Source: the human T2T-CHM13v2.0 reference genome, Homo sapiens. From it: a stretch of DNA of 64,000 bases. Position 1 is the stretch's first letter, and each line of letters begins with the position of its first letter. The notes under the pieces were generated by a model. That model had not been told where the DNA came from, did no database searches, and saw only the letters and a program-made list of their open reading frames with translations. The position numbers and the translations under genes were made by a program. Of this stretch, positions 12,913 through 25,912 are shown one piece after another. The stretch lies in NCBI RefSeq assembly GCF_009914755.1, contig NC_060935.1; one strand, given 5' to 3'.

Positions 12913-14054
12913 TCAACTATAATAGTTATTATACTTACATATAAGTACTAGAGTTTTTATTGTTGTTACTGTGCTGAATGGAAGAGGACAATAGCAAAAA
13001 TAGGAGGGAGAAAAATACCCTCTCCTGTCTCCTATTTAGGTTGATAAAAGTGCCACCCCTCCTTCATAGGATTTAGATGAAATTGAAAATACAAAATATT
13101 ACAAGATTAACAATTCTGGTTTTCCTGCTGGAGTATCTCCAGTATTGACAGATAAGGCTAACTTTTCATCCAGCCCATCTGATGATATTGACTTTCACTA
13201 CCATCTGCATTGCCAGTGATTATGCTCACCTAAATGAATTACTTTAGATATAATTATCAGGTCCCCAAGACATCGAATAAAACCTCCACTGGTGACATTT
13301 CAAATGATGACAGTGTGTTTTCTCATAATATATCAATCCAGAGACCACCTAAAAATTATCTTTGTCTTTGGGTTAATGGTAAAAAGCAAATAAATAAACA
13401 AGAACAATTATACTAAAAGGTTGCCATGAATTGTTCACATTTTTCATTTTAAAGGGTAAATAGTAAAGAAAGAATAAAGACATATTTTTAATCCAATTAA
13501 TCATTCCATATCTAATGTTGTAGACCAAACAACAGGACATGCCTAAACATTTCAAAGTAGAAATAGCATAGTTATATTCAATTCACTATAAAATGACAAA
13601 CATTCATTGAACATTGGCTTTGAATAGCATGTGGAAATAACGGTATAAGGATGAGTAAGATTGTCTATTGGAGAAGACACATGTACAAATAGAATATGAC
13701 ATCTAATTTAAGTGGTTTAAAAACATTTTGCTATAGAAACCCAGAGATGAAATATTAAAATTCAACAAAAGCCCCACTAATAAGTAACATGAGGCTAAAT
13801 GTCAAAAGAAGGGCAGAAATTGTCCAGAAATAAAATCTCCAACTGGAAGGAAAGTGTACTCAGTAGCTAAAGAAATAGAAACGGCACAAACTCAGGTTAC
13901 AGGAAGACATAAGAAATTGGGTGTTGCAGCAATATACTGGAAAAGCTGGAGAAAAAGGAGTATGTTCAAAGATAAAACAAGCATGGATTGGAGACAGAAC
14001 CAGTAGGTTGGTGGTAAATTAAAGAGTGTTCATTTGATCCAGAGGTAGTTTGCA

Positions 14055-14270
14055 AAGGCAACCATGTTCCAGGCCCTAGGATAAATGTGTTATGTTTAAT
14101 ATTGTTTATTCTCACAACTGTATATGGTAGGTAGTGTTGTCACCTCTTTTTCAGATGGAGAAATCAAGGCAAAGGGAGCTAAGTAAGTTAGTCAAAGTCA
14201 CACAGCTTGTAGATAGTGGAGTTGGGATTCAAACCTCAGTTTTCTAAGACTTTAGGCTTTTTAACTGTGT
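14055..14270 (-). mobile_element. MIR
   Basis: TTTTCAGATGGAGAAATCAAGGC..AAGTAAGTTAGTCAAAGTCACACAGCT..GGGATTCAAACC core. Confidence 0.8.
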
Positions 14271-15209
14271 CCTGTTGCTTTTCTCTACTGATTGTCCTTT
14301 TCTGTCACTTACCATTCATTTGTTAGCCTTTTTACTGGCTTCTCATTCCCCATCTTATTTGTTCCTTAAATATTATGGTTGTCCAGAATTCCATTTTTGT
14401 AAAACTGAAAAGAAGCATATGAGTTCTATAGTAACTTTATTTGAAATTATACAAGCTTTGTACTTAGAAACAAAACAATGTGGGAAAAAAATTTGAATAC
14501 CTTCAGAGCATCATGATTTGATTAGTGGGCACACACTAAATTGTAAGATAAAATGCAGAAAAGTAGGTAAATAGCCTATAGGTACACATCAAACTGTTTA
14601 ATTAGTGAGAGAATAAAATGATTAAAAATTAAAATTACTTAAGCAAGTTCTCAGGCAAATTCTCATTTCTATTTCTTTCTTAACGAGTCTTTAATTAGCT
14701 GAAATTACATTAGGGAAGTTTCATGCCTTCTATATTTTTGCCAATATGTGAAGTACCCTCTTTATTCACAAATGATGGGTGTAAGTGGATAATGAAACGT
14801 ATTCCTCAGGAGAAAGGGAAATTGCAGTCAATTTAGTATTATTGAATATCAACTTGTGTATATTTTTGGCTGAACAAAATTAAAGTCAACAGCCAGCAAG
14901 GGAAAATTTGGTTAGAAATATTTTATGTTATGTTTGTTTTCCACAATTTCTTACAAAATACTTTGGAGGGGGAAATATAAAATGATTTTATTATAAAGAT
15001 TTAATGTATCTTTGTAACATTACAACAAACAAAAGAATTACCTCAAACTCACATTAAAATTTTCATCCTCCAAACTGTAAAATAAACACTAGCTTAAAAT
15101 TATGGAATAAATTCATCTTTCATTTCAGAATCAACTTATATGCTAGCTTTTTCATGGTTTATGAGAAACTATTATATAATTTTCTTTTTTTAAAATTATG
15201 TTTTATTGC

Positions 15210-16876
15210 CCTTTTTAAAACTTTTATTTTAAGTTCGGGGGTATAAGTGCAGGTTTGTTACATAGGTAAACTTTTGTTATGGGGTTTTTTGTACAGATTA
15301 TTTCATCACCCAGGTATTAAGCCTAGCACCCATTGGTTATTCTTTCTGATCGTTTCCTTTCTCTCACCCTTCATCCTCTGAAAGGTTTCACTTTGTATAG
15401 TTCTCCTCCATGTGCTCATGTATTCTCATTATTTAGTCCCAGTTATAAGTGATAACATGTGGTATTCGGTTTTCTGTTCCAGTGTTAGTTTGCCAAGAAT
15501 AATGGCCTCCAGCTCCATCCATGTCCCTACAAAGGACATGATCTTTTTCTTTTTTATTGCATAGTATTCTATGGTGTATATGGACCACATTGTCTTTATC
15601 AAGTCTAACATCGATGGGCATTCAGGTTGATTCACTGTCTTTGCTATTGTGAATGGTGCTGCAGTGAATGTGCACATGTGTGTGACTTTATAATAGAACG
15701 ATTTATATTCCTTTGGGTATATACCCCATAATGGGATTGCTGGGTAGAATGGTATCTCTATCTTTAGGTCTTTGAGGAATCACCTCACTGTCTTCCATAA
15801 TGGTCAAACTAATTTATACTCCCACTAACAGTGTATAAGCATTCCTTTTTCTCCCCAACCTCACAAGCATCTTTTATTTTTGACATTTTAACAATAGCCA
15901 TTCCGACTGGTGTGAGATGGTATCTCATTGTGGTTTTGATTTGCATTTCTCTAATGATCAGTGGTGTCGAGCTTTTTTTATATGATTGTTGGTCATATGT
16001 ATGTCTTCTTTTGAGAAGTGCCTGTTCATGTCCTTTACTCATTTTTGAATGGTATTGTTTGTTGGTTTTCTTGTAAATTTCTTTAAGTTCCTTATAGATG
16101 CTGGACGCTAGACTTTTGTTAGATGTATAATTTGCAAAAATATTCTCCCATTCTGTAAGTTGTCTGTTTATTCTGTTGATAGTTTCTTTTGCTGTGCAGA
16201 AGCTTTTTAGTTTCATTAGATCCTATTAGTCAATTTTTACTTTTGGTGCCATTGCTTTTGGTGTCTTTGTCATGAAATCTTTGCCCATTCCTATGTCCAG
16301 GATGGTACTCTGTAGGTTGTCTTCCAGGGTTTTTATAGCTTGGGGTTTTACATTTAAGTCTTTAATCCATCTCGAGTTGATTTTTTGTATATGATGTAAG
16401 AAAGGGGTCCAGCTTCAACCTTCTGCATATGACTAGTCAGTTATCCCAGCACTATTTATTGAATAGGTAGTCTTTTCCCCATTGCTTGTTTTTGTCAGCA
16501 TTGTCAAAGAACATATGGTCTTAGATGTTTGGCCTTATTTCTGGGCTATCTATTCTGTTCCATTGGTCTATGTGTCTGTTTTTGTACCAGTACCATGCTG
16601 TTTTGGTTAATGTAGGCCTGCAGTATAGTTTGAAGTCAGGTAGTGTGGTGCCTCCAGCTTTGTTCTTTTTGCTTAGGATTGCCTGGTATATCTGGGCTCT
16701 TTTTTGGTTATATATGAATTTTAAAATGGCTTTCTCTAGTTCTGTGAAATATCAATGGTAGTTTAATAGGAATGGCATTCAATCTATAAATTACTTTGGC
16801 AGTATGGCCATTTTTTAATGATATTGACTCTTTCTATCCATGATCATGGAATGTTTTTTTTCATTTGTTTGTGTCA
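15210..16876 (-). mobile_element. 5'-truncated L1PA (L1PA13-16-like): 3' UTR plus ORF2 C-terminal remnant
   Basis: TTTTATTTTAAGTTCGGGGGTA..GTGCAGGTTTGTTACATAGGTAAAC 3' end; ORFs 15809-16216 ([29 protein letters not shown]) and 15429-15677 are ORF2p-like. Confidence 0.92.
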
Positions 16877-17544
16877 ATGAGATAATTTTCAAAGTATTAA
16901 TTATTTTGTGCTCATTATTAAATACGATCATAATAGAATAGGTCAATCTTTTCTAAAATAAAACTTAAGGAGGAAATAAAAATACCCAAAGTGCTTGCAA
17001 TTCTTAAAGTAACTTTTGTTTCTAAATAAAATATAGAGAAACTCTGTGGTCTAGGTTATCTCAATATTTGTCATTTTTACAAGCATAATAAAAAATTATG
17101 TTATTTATAGTTGTGGTTGTGTAAAACAGGACCTGTTTTTATAAACCCCAGTCAGTATCCTTAAAATTTTATGGGTTAATAAATATAGTACTTGCCTTTT
17201 AAATTTAAGTGTAAAACACTTGAAGTCATGAGAAAAAAAGTTATCACTACTATCATAAGAGACTGATATATATGAAACCAAAGAGTAAGTAGCGAAAGAA
17301 CTAAAATTCTGAAAATATTTTTATTATAAGAAAGCTGCTTTTGTCATAAATTAAATTTGTATTTAGCGGTACTATAGAAAACAGCCAAACAGTTAGGAGA
17401 TAAGACATCTTTCATGTTTTATTTTAATATGGAAAAAGAAAAGATAAAGTAAGAGCTAATGATCAGGAATGTGATGTCAGCCTTTAACACTTTCAAATGG
17501 ATTAAATTCCTGGTTGAATATTAAGTGAGAAGGAATAAAACAAG

Positions 17545-17765
17545 TATCTAGTGCATACGACATTCAACACATTTGGTATGCCTTTAATATGCATTATCCC
17601 ATTTAGTATGAACACTTTGGCTTAAGAAGTATTGTCATTCCAACTTTATAGATGAGAAAATGGAGCATCTCAAAAAGTTTGACAAATTGCCTAAAATCTA
17701 ATTGATAGGAAGATACAAAGTCAACATTTAACCTCAGAACTCTGATGCCAATGGCCAGTCCTCTA
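17545..17765 (-). mobile_element. MIR
   Basis: TTTATAGATGAGAAAATGGAGC core; AAATTGCCTAAAATC. Confidence 0.65.
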
Positions 17766-17794
17766 GGTTGTGACGGTTCCTCCATCTTTTCTAG

Positions 17795-19500
17795 ATGCTG
17801 ATAACTTTGATAATTTGAGAAAAATCAGTAAGGTGTTTTGCAGAATATCTCTGAGTTGATATTTGTCTGATGTTTTTCCATGGTAAGAGTAAGGGTTACA
17901 GATTTTTGGGAGGAAGAACATAGAGGTAAAGTACAATTCTCATCATATCAAAAATACTTATTATCAACAGGACTTATTACAGTTTTTGCTGATTTTCATC
18001 AACTGGCAGAGATTTTTCTATGTAACTACTCTTTTATTCTCCCATTCTGTAGTATACTCTTAGGAAGAAAGTCATTATGCACTTAAGGAGTGGGCAGTAA
18101 TTATCCACCTCCTTAACAACAGCATATCTACACATAAATTATTTGGAATTCTTTTGTACAGATTTTTTTCCTCCATTTATTATCTATCTATCTACCTATC
18201 TATCTAATGATTTATTTGTATTAGTTGGATACTCATTTTAAGCTTTTGATTATAATTCATTATACTTTATTTTGTTGCTTAAATATATCCACTTTCATCA
18301 TTAAGAGCTCTTTCAGATAAATTCTGTGCCCTTTTGAAATACTCTCATGTTTGTTTTGCTTGTTTGTTTGTTTGTAGACCACTTCCTTCTTTTCTGGTAT
18401 TACAAGATGTTTCAGGCTCATTTTACATATTTCCTTCCTCAGTCCTAAAATCAACCATTTCTCCAAGGATCCCTGGCTACTTTTATCAGAAAATGGTATT
18501 AGAAACCTAGATCTGGGCATGAAGTTTGCTCATTTCTAAGGAATATTGTTGCTTTTATGGTCTCTTAGTTGAGAGATCAAGGGAATATATGAGTGTATAC
18601 TACTGTGTGTGTATATACACGCCTACAAATATTGGTGTATTTCACATCTATATCTATATTAAGCTAAACATGAGTTCATACTGATGTCTCCCAGTCTAAT
18701 CTATTATCACATTGATATTCTACAACCTCCCATTCCAACAGTGAGACACCTGGCTCCGACTGTCAGCCATCCATTGACTTTATTCCTTAACGCCAGTTAC
18801 ACATGGATTGTGATTTCAGAATTGTTAGCCCACACCCACTTTGGACAAACTTTAACAATTATATTACAGAGTGTTTTTTTGTTTTGCTTTGTGTTTTGCC
18901 TTTAGCCTTACAGACTCCTTTCTTTCAAAAGTGACTTAGGGTCAAACCGTTTTTTCTCACCTCTTTTCCTGAATTTATTCTATACATTTGTAATATATTT
19001 CTGTTCGTCTGTCCTATTCTGCATTCCAACCTCCTGAATGAATTATTTGATTTGCATACATTAAGATTTACTCTTCATGCTTTAAATTCTATGCATTTTA
19101 GCAAATGCTTAATATTTTGTATTCATCATTACTGTATCATACAGGACAGTTTCACCAACCACCAAAAATCCTCTGTGCTTCCAATGTTCCAGCCTGTTCT
19201 CAAAACCCCTGGGAATCACTTACCATCCCTATTTTTTGTTTACTTTTTCCAGAATATCATATAATTGGAATTATATAGTACGTAGCTTTTCAGAATGGCT
19301 GTATTTCATATAATACATCTTAGAGATTCATCCATGTCTGTTCAACACTTGATAATTCATTTATTTTCCATTCAAACAATATTCCATTGTATGGATGTCA
19401 GTCTGTTTATCAATTTTTTTACTTTAAAGACCATCTTTGGTTGCCTTCAGTTTTTGGCGATTATGAATAAAGCTACTCTAAACAGCTGTGGGCAGCTATG
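17795..19500 (-). mobile_element. L1MC/L1MD-type long 3' UTR fragment
   Basis: TTTTTGGGAGGAAGAACATAGAGGTAAAGT, AACCATTTCTCCAAGGATCCCTGG and TTGGTTGCCTTCAGTTTTTGGCGATTATGAATAAAGCT motifs. Confidence 0.75.
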
Positions 19501-22500
19501 TGCTGACAACTCATATCACCTCTCTCCCTCCTACAAGAATTTCCTTTGCCTTTTTTGCTCTCCTTTTGAAAATCACACTGTATCTGCTACAACCTGCCAC
19601 CTTCACCCCACTTAACAAACTCCTGCACATCCTTTCTGTCTCATATACTCTTCATGTCCTCTCCAAATTCTTCCCCAACTTCTCCAGATAGTAGAGGTCT
19701 CTTACTTCTGTTATGGTTACAGAAAAACCATATCACTCTGATAGAATTATTCATCTGAGACAGCATTTAATATTTAATTGTATACATTTCCCTGACAAAT
19801 TATGGGGCTACATAAGCATTTGTGGAAAAAAAAAAACTAAAATATTAATGAAAGAAAATGATATAATACATATACTTATTCATATAGATATTGTCTATAC
19901 ATATAATTGAATAAACTATCAAGAGCATTAAGGATATGTGACAGTAGTCAATGCAGTTCTAAACTTATTAGATTTCAGAACAAATTTGAAAAATTCTAAA
20001 TTATGAGATCCTTGTTATTCGATAAAAGGGATTTTTGGTTGATCAAGAAAGTAACTAAATTATTGAGTAATAAAGAAATTTATATTTAATTCACATAAAA
20101 GGAACATTGAGCTATATAATAAACATTATTATTAAAATTAATTTTTAAAGTTTTACAAAACATGTAGAAATATTCTTTATGACTACCTCACACATTATCT
20201 AAAGATAAGAGCCGATTATGTAATAACACATTCTAATTCTTTGTAGTTATATATGCAATGGTATATAAGGCAAAGGGCTTTTTTTTTATTAAGTGTTGGT
20301 GGAACAGTTGTGGAAATATTTTTCTCTTAAAATAACTTTATATGTCCAATAACCAGAAAATACACCAAAGATTATTGCTTATCTAAATATTTTTTGAAGA
20401 TTACACTTTGGTTTTTTTAGTTGTTCAATTATAAAAAACTTTGATTCTCTCAGATATTTGTTATTGTAAGCTTTGTTTTGTTTATTTTTATTTTTAATTT
20501 CTTTGGCTTTTTTTCTATAATTTTTTATTTTTAATTTTTGTGGGTACATAGAAGGTGGATACATTTATGGAGTACATGAGATATTTGATACAGGCATGCA
20601 ATGTGTAATAATCACATCATGGAAAATGGAGTATCTATCCCCTCAAGTATTTCTCTTTCATGTTACAAACAATACAATTATACTTTTAGTAATTGTACAA
20701 TGGTACTTTTATTACTTTTAAAACGTACAATTTACTGTATTCACATCCTTGTGCTATCAAATACTAGGCCTTATACATTCATTTTAACTCTACTTTTGTA
20801 CCCATTAACCATCCCCACTTTCCTTTTACCCCTCTACCACCCACTACCCTTCTTAGCCTCTGCTTACCAATCTTCTACTCTCTATCTCCAAGGGTTCAAT
20901 AGTTTTGATTTTTAAATCCCACAAATAAGTGAGAACATGCAGTGTTTGTCTTTCTGTGCCTGCTATTTCGCTTAACATAATGAACTCCAGTTCATTATGA
21001 ACGGAATGAACAATAGAATGGACTGAAGGGTGAGTTCTATTTACGTTGTTGCTTATCAAATGGTGAGAATTTCATTCTTTTTTTATGGCCAAATAGTACT
21101 TCATTGTGTAGGAGTACCACATTTTCTTTATCCAATCATCTGTTGATGGACACTTAGGCTTAATCCAATCATCTGTTGATGGCGATTGTGAACAGAGCTG
21201 CAACAAACATGGGAGTGCAGATATCTCTTCCACGAACTGATTTCTGTTATGGGGGATATAGTCCCAGTGGTGGAATTGCTGGGTCATATGGTAGCTCTAT
21301 TTTTAGTCTTTTGAGGACCCTCCAAACCCTTCTCCAAAGTGGGTGTACTATTCACTCTCTCACCAATAGCATACAAGGGTTGCCTTTTCTCCACATCCTC
21401 ACCAGCATTTGTTACTGCCTGTCTTTTGGATATAAGCCATTTTAACTGGGGTGAGATGATATCTGATTGTAGTTTGATTTGCATTTCTCTAATGATCAGT
21501 GACGTAGAGCACCTTTTCATGTGTTGCTTTGCCATTTTTATGTATTCGTTTGAGAAATGTATATTCAAATGTTTTGCCCATTTTAAAATTAGATTATTAG
21601 ATTTTTTTCCTATAGAGTTGTTTGAGCTCCTTATATACTCTAGTTATTAATCCTTTGTCAGATGGGTAGTTTGAAAATATTTACTTCCAACCTGTGGATT
21701 GTCTGTTTACTTTGTTGGTTGTTTCCTTTACCTTGCAGGAGCTTTTTAACTTGATATGATCCCATTTGTCTATTTTTGCTTTGGTTGTCTGTGTTTTGGG
21801 GGTATTACTCAAAAAATCTTTTCCAGACAGATGACCTAGAGAGCTTCCCTAATGTTTTCTTGTAGTAGTTTAATAGTTTGAGGTCTTAAATTTAAGTCTT
21901 TGATCCATTTTGATTTGAATTTTGTATATGGTCAGAGATAGGGATCTAGTTTCATTGTTCTGCATATTGATATCCAGTTCACCTAGCACCATTTACTGAA
22001 GACACTGTCTTTTCCCTAAGGTATGTTCTTGGTACCTTTGTCAGAAATGAATTCACTGTAGGTATGTGGATTTGTTCATGGGTTCTCTATTCTGTTCCAT
22101 TGATGTATGTGTCTGTTTTATGCCAGTACAATATCATGTTATTTTGGTTACTATACCTCTGTAGTATAATTTGAAGTCAGGTAATGTGCTTCATCCAGTT
22201 TTGTTCTTTTTGCTTAGGATAGCTTTGGTTGTTCTGTACTTTTGTGGTTCCATATAAATTTTAGAATTTCAAAATATTTCTGTGAATAATGTCATGGGTG
22301 TTTTGGTAGGTACTGCATTGAATCTGTAGATTGCTGTGGGTAGTATGGACATTTTAACAATATTGATTCTTCCAATCCGTGAACATGAGCTATATTTCCG
22401 TTGTGGGGTGTCCTCTTCAATTCTTTCATCAGTGTTTTATAGTTTTCATTATGGAGGTTTTTTTCCTTCTTTAGTTAACTTAATGCCTCGATGTTTAACT

Positions 22501-23618
22501 TTATTTGTTGCTACTGTAAATGGCACTACTTTTTTTTCAGTTTACTGTTAGCATATAGAAATTCTATTGATTTTTGTATATTGATTTTCTATCCTGCAAC
22601 TTTACTGAATTTGTTTATGAGTTCTAATAGATTTTTGGTGGAGTCTGTAGGTTTTTTCACGTTTAAGATTGTATTATGTGCAAACAAGGATAATCTGATT
22701 TCTTTCTTTCAAATTTGGACGCACTTTATATATTTCTTTTGTCTGGTTGCTCTAACTAGGGTGTCCAGTACTGTAGGGAATAACAGTGATCATAGTGAGG
22801 ATTGTTGTCATGTTCCAGATCTTAGAAGAAAGGCTTTTAGTATTTCCCCATTCAGTATGATACTAGCTGTAAATCTGTCCTATGTGGCTTTTATTATGTT
22901 GAGGTGTGTTCCTTCTATCCCCAGTTTTTTAAGCATTTTTAACATGAAGCGATATTGAATTTTATCAAATGCTTTTTATAGTACCAATTAAAATGATCAT
23001 ATGGTTTTTGTCCTACATTCTGTTGATCTGATGTATTACATTGATTAATTTGCATATGTTGAACTATCTTTGCATCCCAGGGGTAAATTCCGCTTGATCA
23101 TAATGAACAGTATCTTTAATGTATTGTTGAATTTGGTTTGCTAATATTTTGTTAAGGGTTTTTGCATCAATATTAATCAGGGATATTGACCTATAGTTTT
23201 GTTGTTGTTTTTAAATTTGTTTTTGTCTCATTATGATATCAGGATAATACTGACATCGTAGAATACTTTTGAAGCATTCCCTCCTCCTCTAGTTTCTGGA
23301 ATAGTTTGAGTAGGATTGGTATTAGTTCTTTAAATGTTTGGTAGAATTCAGCAGTGAAGCCACTGGATTCTGAGCTTTTCTTTACTGGGAGACTTTATTA
23401 CAGCTCTGATCTTGTTAATTCTTGTGGGTCTGTTCGGGTTTTGGATTTCTCTGTAGTTCAATTTGGTAGGTTGTATGTGTCAAGGAATTTGTCCATTTCT
23501 TCTAGATTTTTCAATTTATTGGCATATAGTTACTCATAGTAGCCACTAATGATCCTTTGAATTCCTGTGGTATCAACTGTCATGTCTCCTGTTTCATCAC
23601 TGATTTTATTTATTCTAA

Positions 23619-23970
<352 letters not shown>

Positions 23971-24398
23971 TGTTTAACTTTCGATAAGCCAACTTTTTGA
24001 TTCATTGATCTTTTGTATTATTTTCATTTATTTCTGTTCTCATTTTATCATTTTTTTTCTTCTACAAATTTTGGGTGGGTTTACTCTTCCTTATCTAATA
24101 CTTTAAGATGCATTGGGAGATTGTTATTTGAAGTTTTTCTCCTTTTGGATGTAAGCACTTACAGCTTTTAAATTACCTCTTAGTGCTGCTTTTGCTCTGT
24201 CCCATAGGTTTTGTTATGTTTGGTTTCCATTATCATTTGTTTCAAAAAATTTTTCAATTTTCTCCTTAATTTCTTTATGGACCCACTAGTCGTTCAGGAG
24301 CATATTGTTTAATTTCCATATAGTCCTATAGTTTTCAAAATTCCTCTTGTTATTGATTTCTAGTTTTATTCCATAGTAGTTAGAGAAGATCCTTAATA

Positions 24399-24770
24399 TT
24401 ATTTCAATTTTTTGAATGTTTTAAGACTTGTTTTGTGACTTAACATATGGGCTGTCCTTGATGATGATCCATGTGCTGAGGAGAATAATGTGTATTCTGC
24501 AGTTCTTGGATGAAAAGTTTTGTAAGTATCTATTATGTCCATTTTGTCTATAGTCAAGATTAAGTCTGATGTTTCTTTGTTGATTTTCTGTCTAGAAGAT
24601 TTGTCCAATGCTAAAAGTGGGGTGTTTAAGTCTCCAACTATCATTGTATTGGAGTCTATCTCTGTATTTAGCTCTAAAAATATTGGCTTTATATACCTGG
24701 GTGCTCTAGTATCGGGTGCATATATATTTAAAATTTTTATATCCTCTTGCTGAATTGATCCCTTAATCAT
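24399..24770 (-). pseudogene. L1 ORF2p endonuclease-domain remnant
   Basis: KGSIQQEDIKILNIYAP..IVGDLNTPL..FSSAHG; the usual RIDH motif reads RTAH. Confidence 0.9.
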
Positions 24771-25660
24771 TATATAGGGACCTTCTTAGTGTCTTCTTAT
24801 ATAATTTGTCTTGAAATCTATTTTGTGTTGCATTAGTATAGCTGTTTCTGCTTTTTTTTGGTTTCTATTGTCATGGAATTTATTTTTTCATCCGTTTATT
24901 TTCAGACTATGTGTGTATTTATAAGTTAAGTTTATTTCTTATAGGCAACAGATCAATGGTTTTTTTTTTCTTTATTCAGCTTTTGATAGAAAAATTTAGT
25001 CCATTTACATTCAATGTTAATTTTGATAGGTAGGTAAGGACCTACTCCTACAATTTTGTTTTTTGTTTTCTGGTTGTTTTGTGGTCTTCTCTTTTTTTGT
25101 TCTTTGTTTTCTGTATTTCTTTTAGTGAAGGTGATTTTCTTTGGTGCTATGACTTAGTTTCTTGCTTTTTATTTTTTTCTGTATCCATTATATATTTTTT
25201 GGTTTCAGGTTACCATGAGGCTTTCAAACACTATCTTATAACCCATTATTTAAGTTAATAACAACTTAACACTATTTGCATAAAGGAACAAGCTAAAACA
25301 AGGCTAGTAAAGACTGTATGCCTTAACTTCATCCTTGTGCTTTTTAACTTTTTGTTACTATTTACATCTTATTGTACTGTCTGTCTTAAAACGTTGTCAT
25401 AGTTTTTATTTTTTATTGGTCACCACAGTTACAATGTCATAGTGTTCTGTGGTTTTTTGAGATACTTACTATTACCAGTGAGTTTTGTACCTTCAGATGA
25501 TTTCTTATTGCTCATTAATGTTCTTCTCTCTCTTATTGAAGTACTCCCTTTAGCATTTCTTATAGGACAGGTCTGGTGTTGATGAAATCCTTCAGCTCTT
25601 GTTTGTCTAGGAAAGCCTTTATGTCTCTCTCATGTTTGAAGGATAATTTCACCGAATATA

Positions 25661-25912
25661 CTATTCTAAGGTAAAACTTTTTTTTTCCTTTAGAACTTTA
25701 AATATGTGATGCCACTCTCTCCTAGCCTGTAAGGTTTCCACTGAAAAGCCTGCTACCAGATGTATTGGAGCTCCATTGTCTGTCATTTGTTTCTTTTCTC
25801 TTGCTGCTTTAAGGATCATTTCTTTATTCTTGACCTTTGGGATTTTAATTATTAAATTTCTTGAGGTAGGCTTCTTTGAGTTAAATCTGCTTGGTGTTTT
25901 ATAACCTTGCAC
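25661..25912 (-). pseudogene. L1 ORF1p C-terminal remnant
   Basis: KEMILKAAREKKQ..GAPIHLVAGFSVETLQARREW..IFKVLKEK. Confidence 0.9.

Noticed and set aside
13230-13348. Possible minus-strand exon ending TAG|GTGAGC
   Set aside because: Acceptor has a poor polypyrimidine tract and the boundaries are ambiguous.
22491-22958. 155-aa plus-strand ORF
   Set aside because: Antisense frame of decayed L1 ORF2 with a hydrophobic bias from T-rich sequence.
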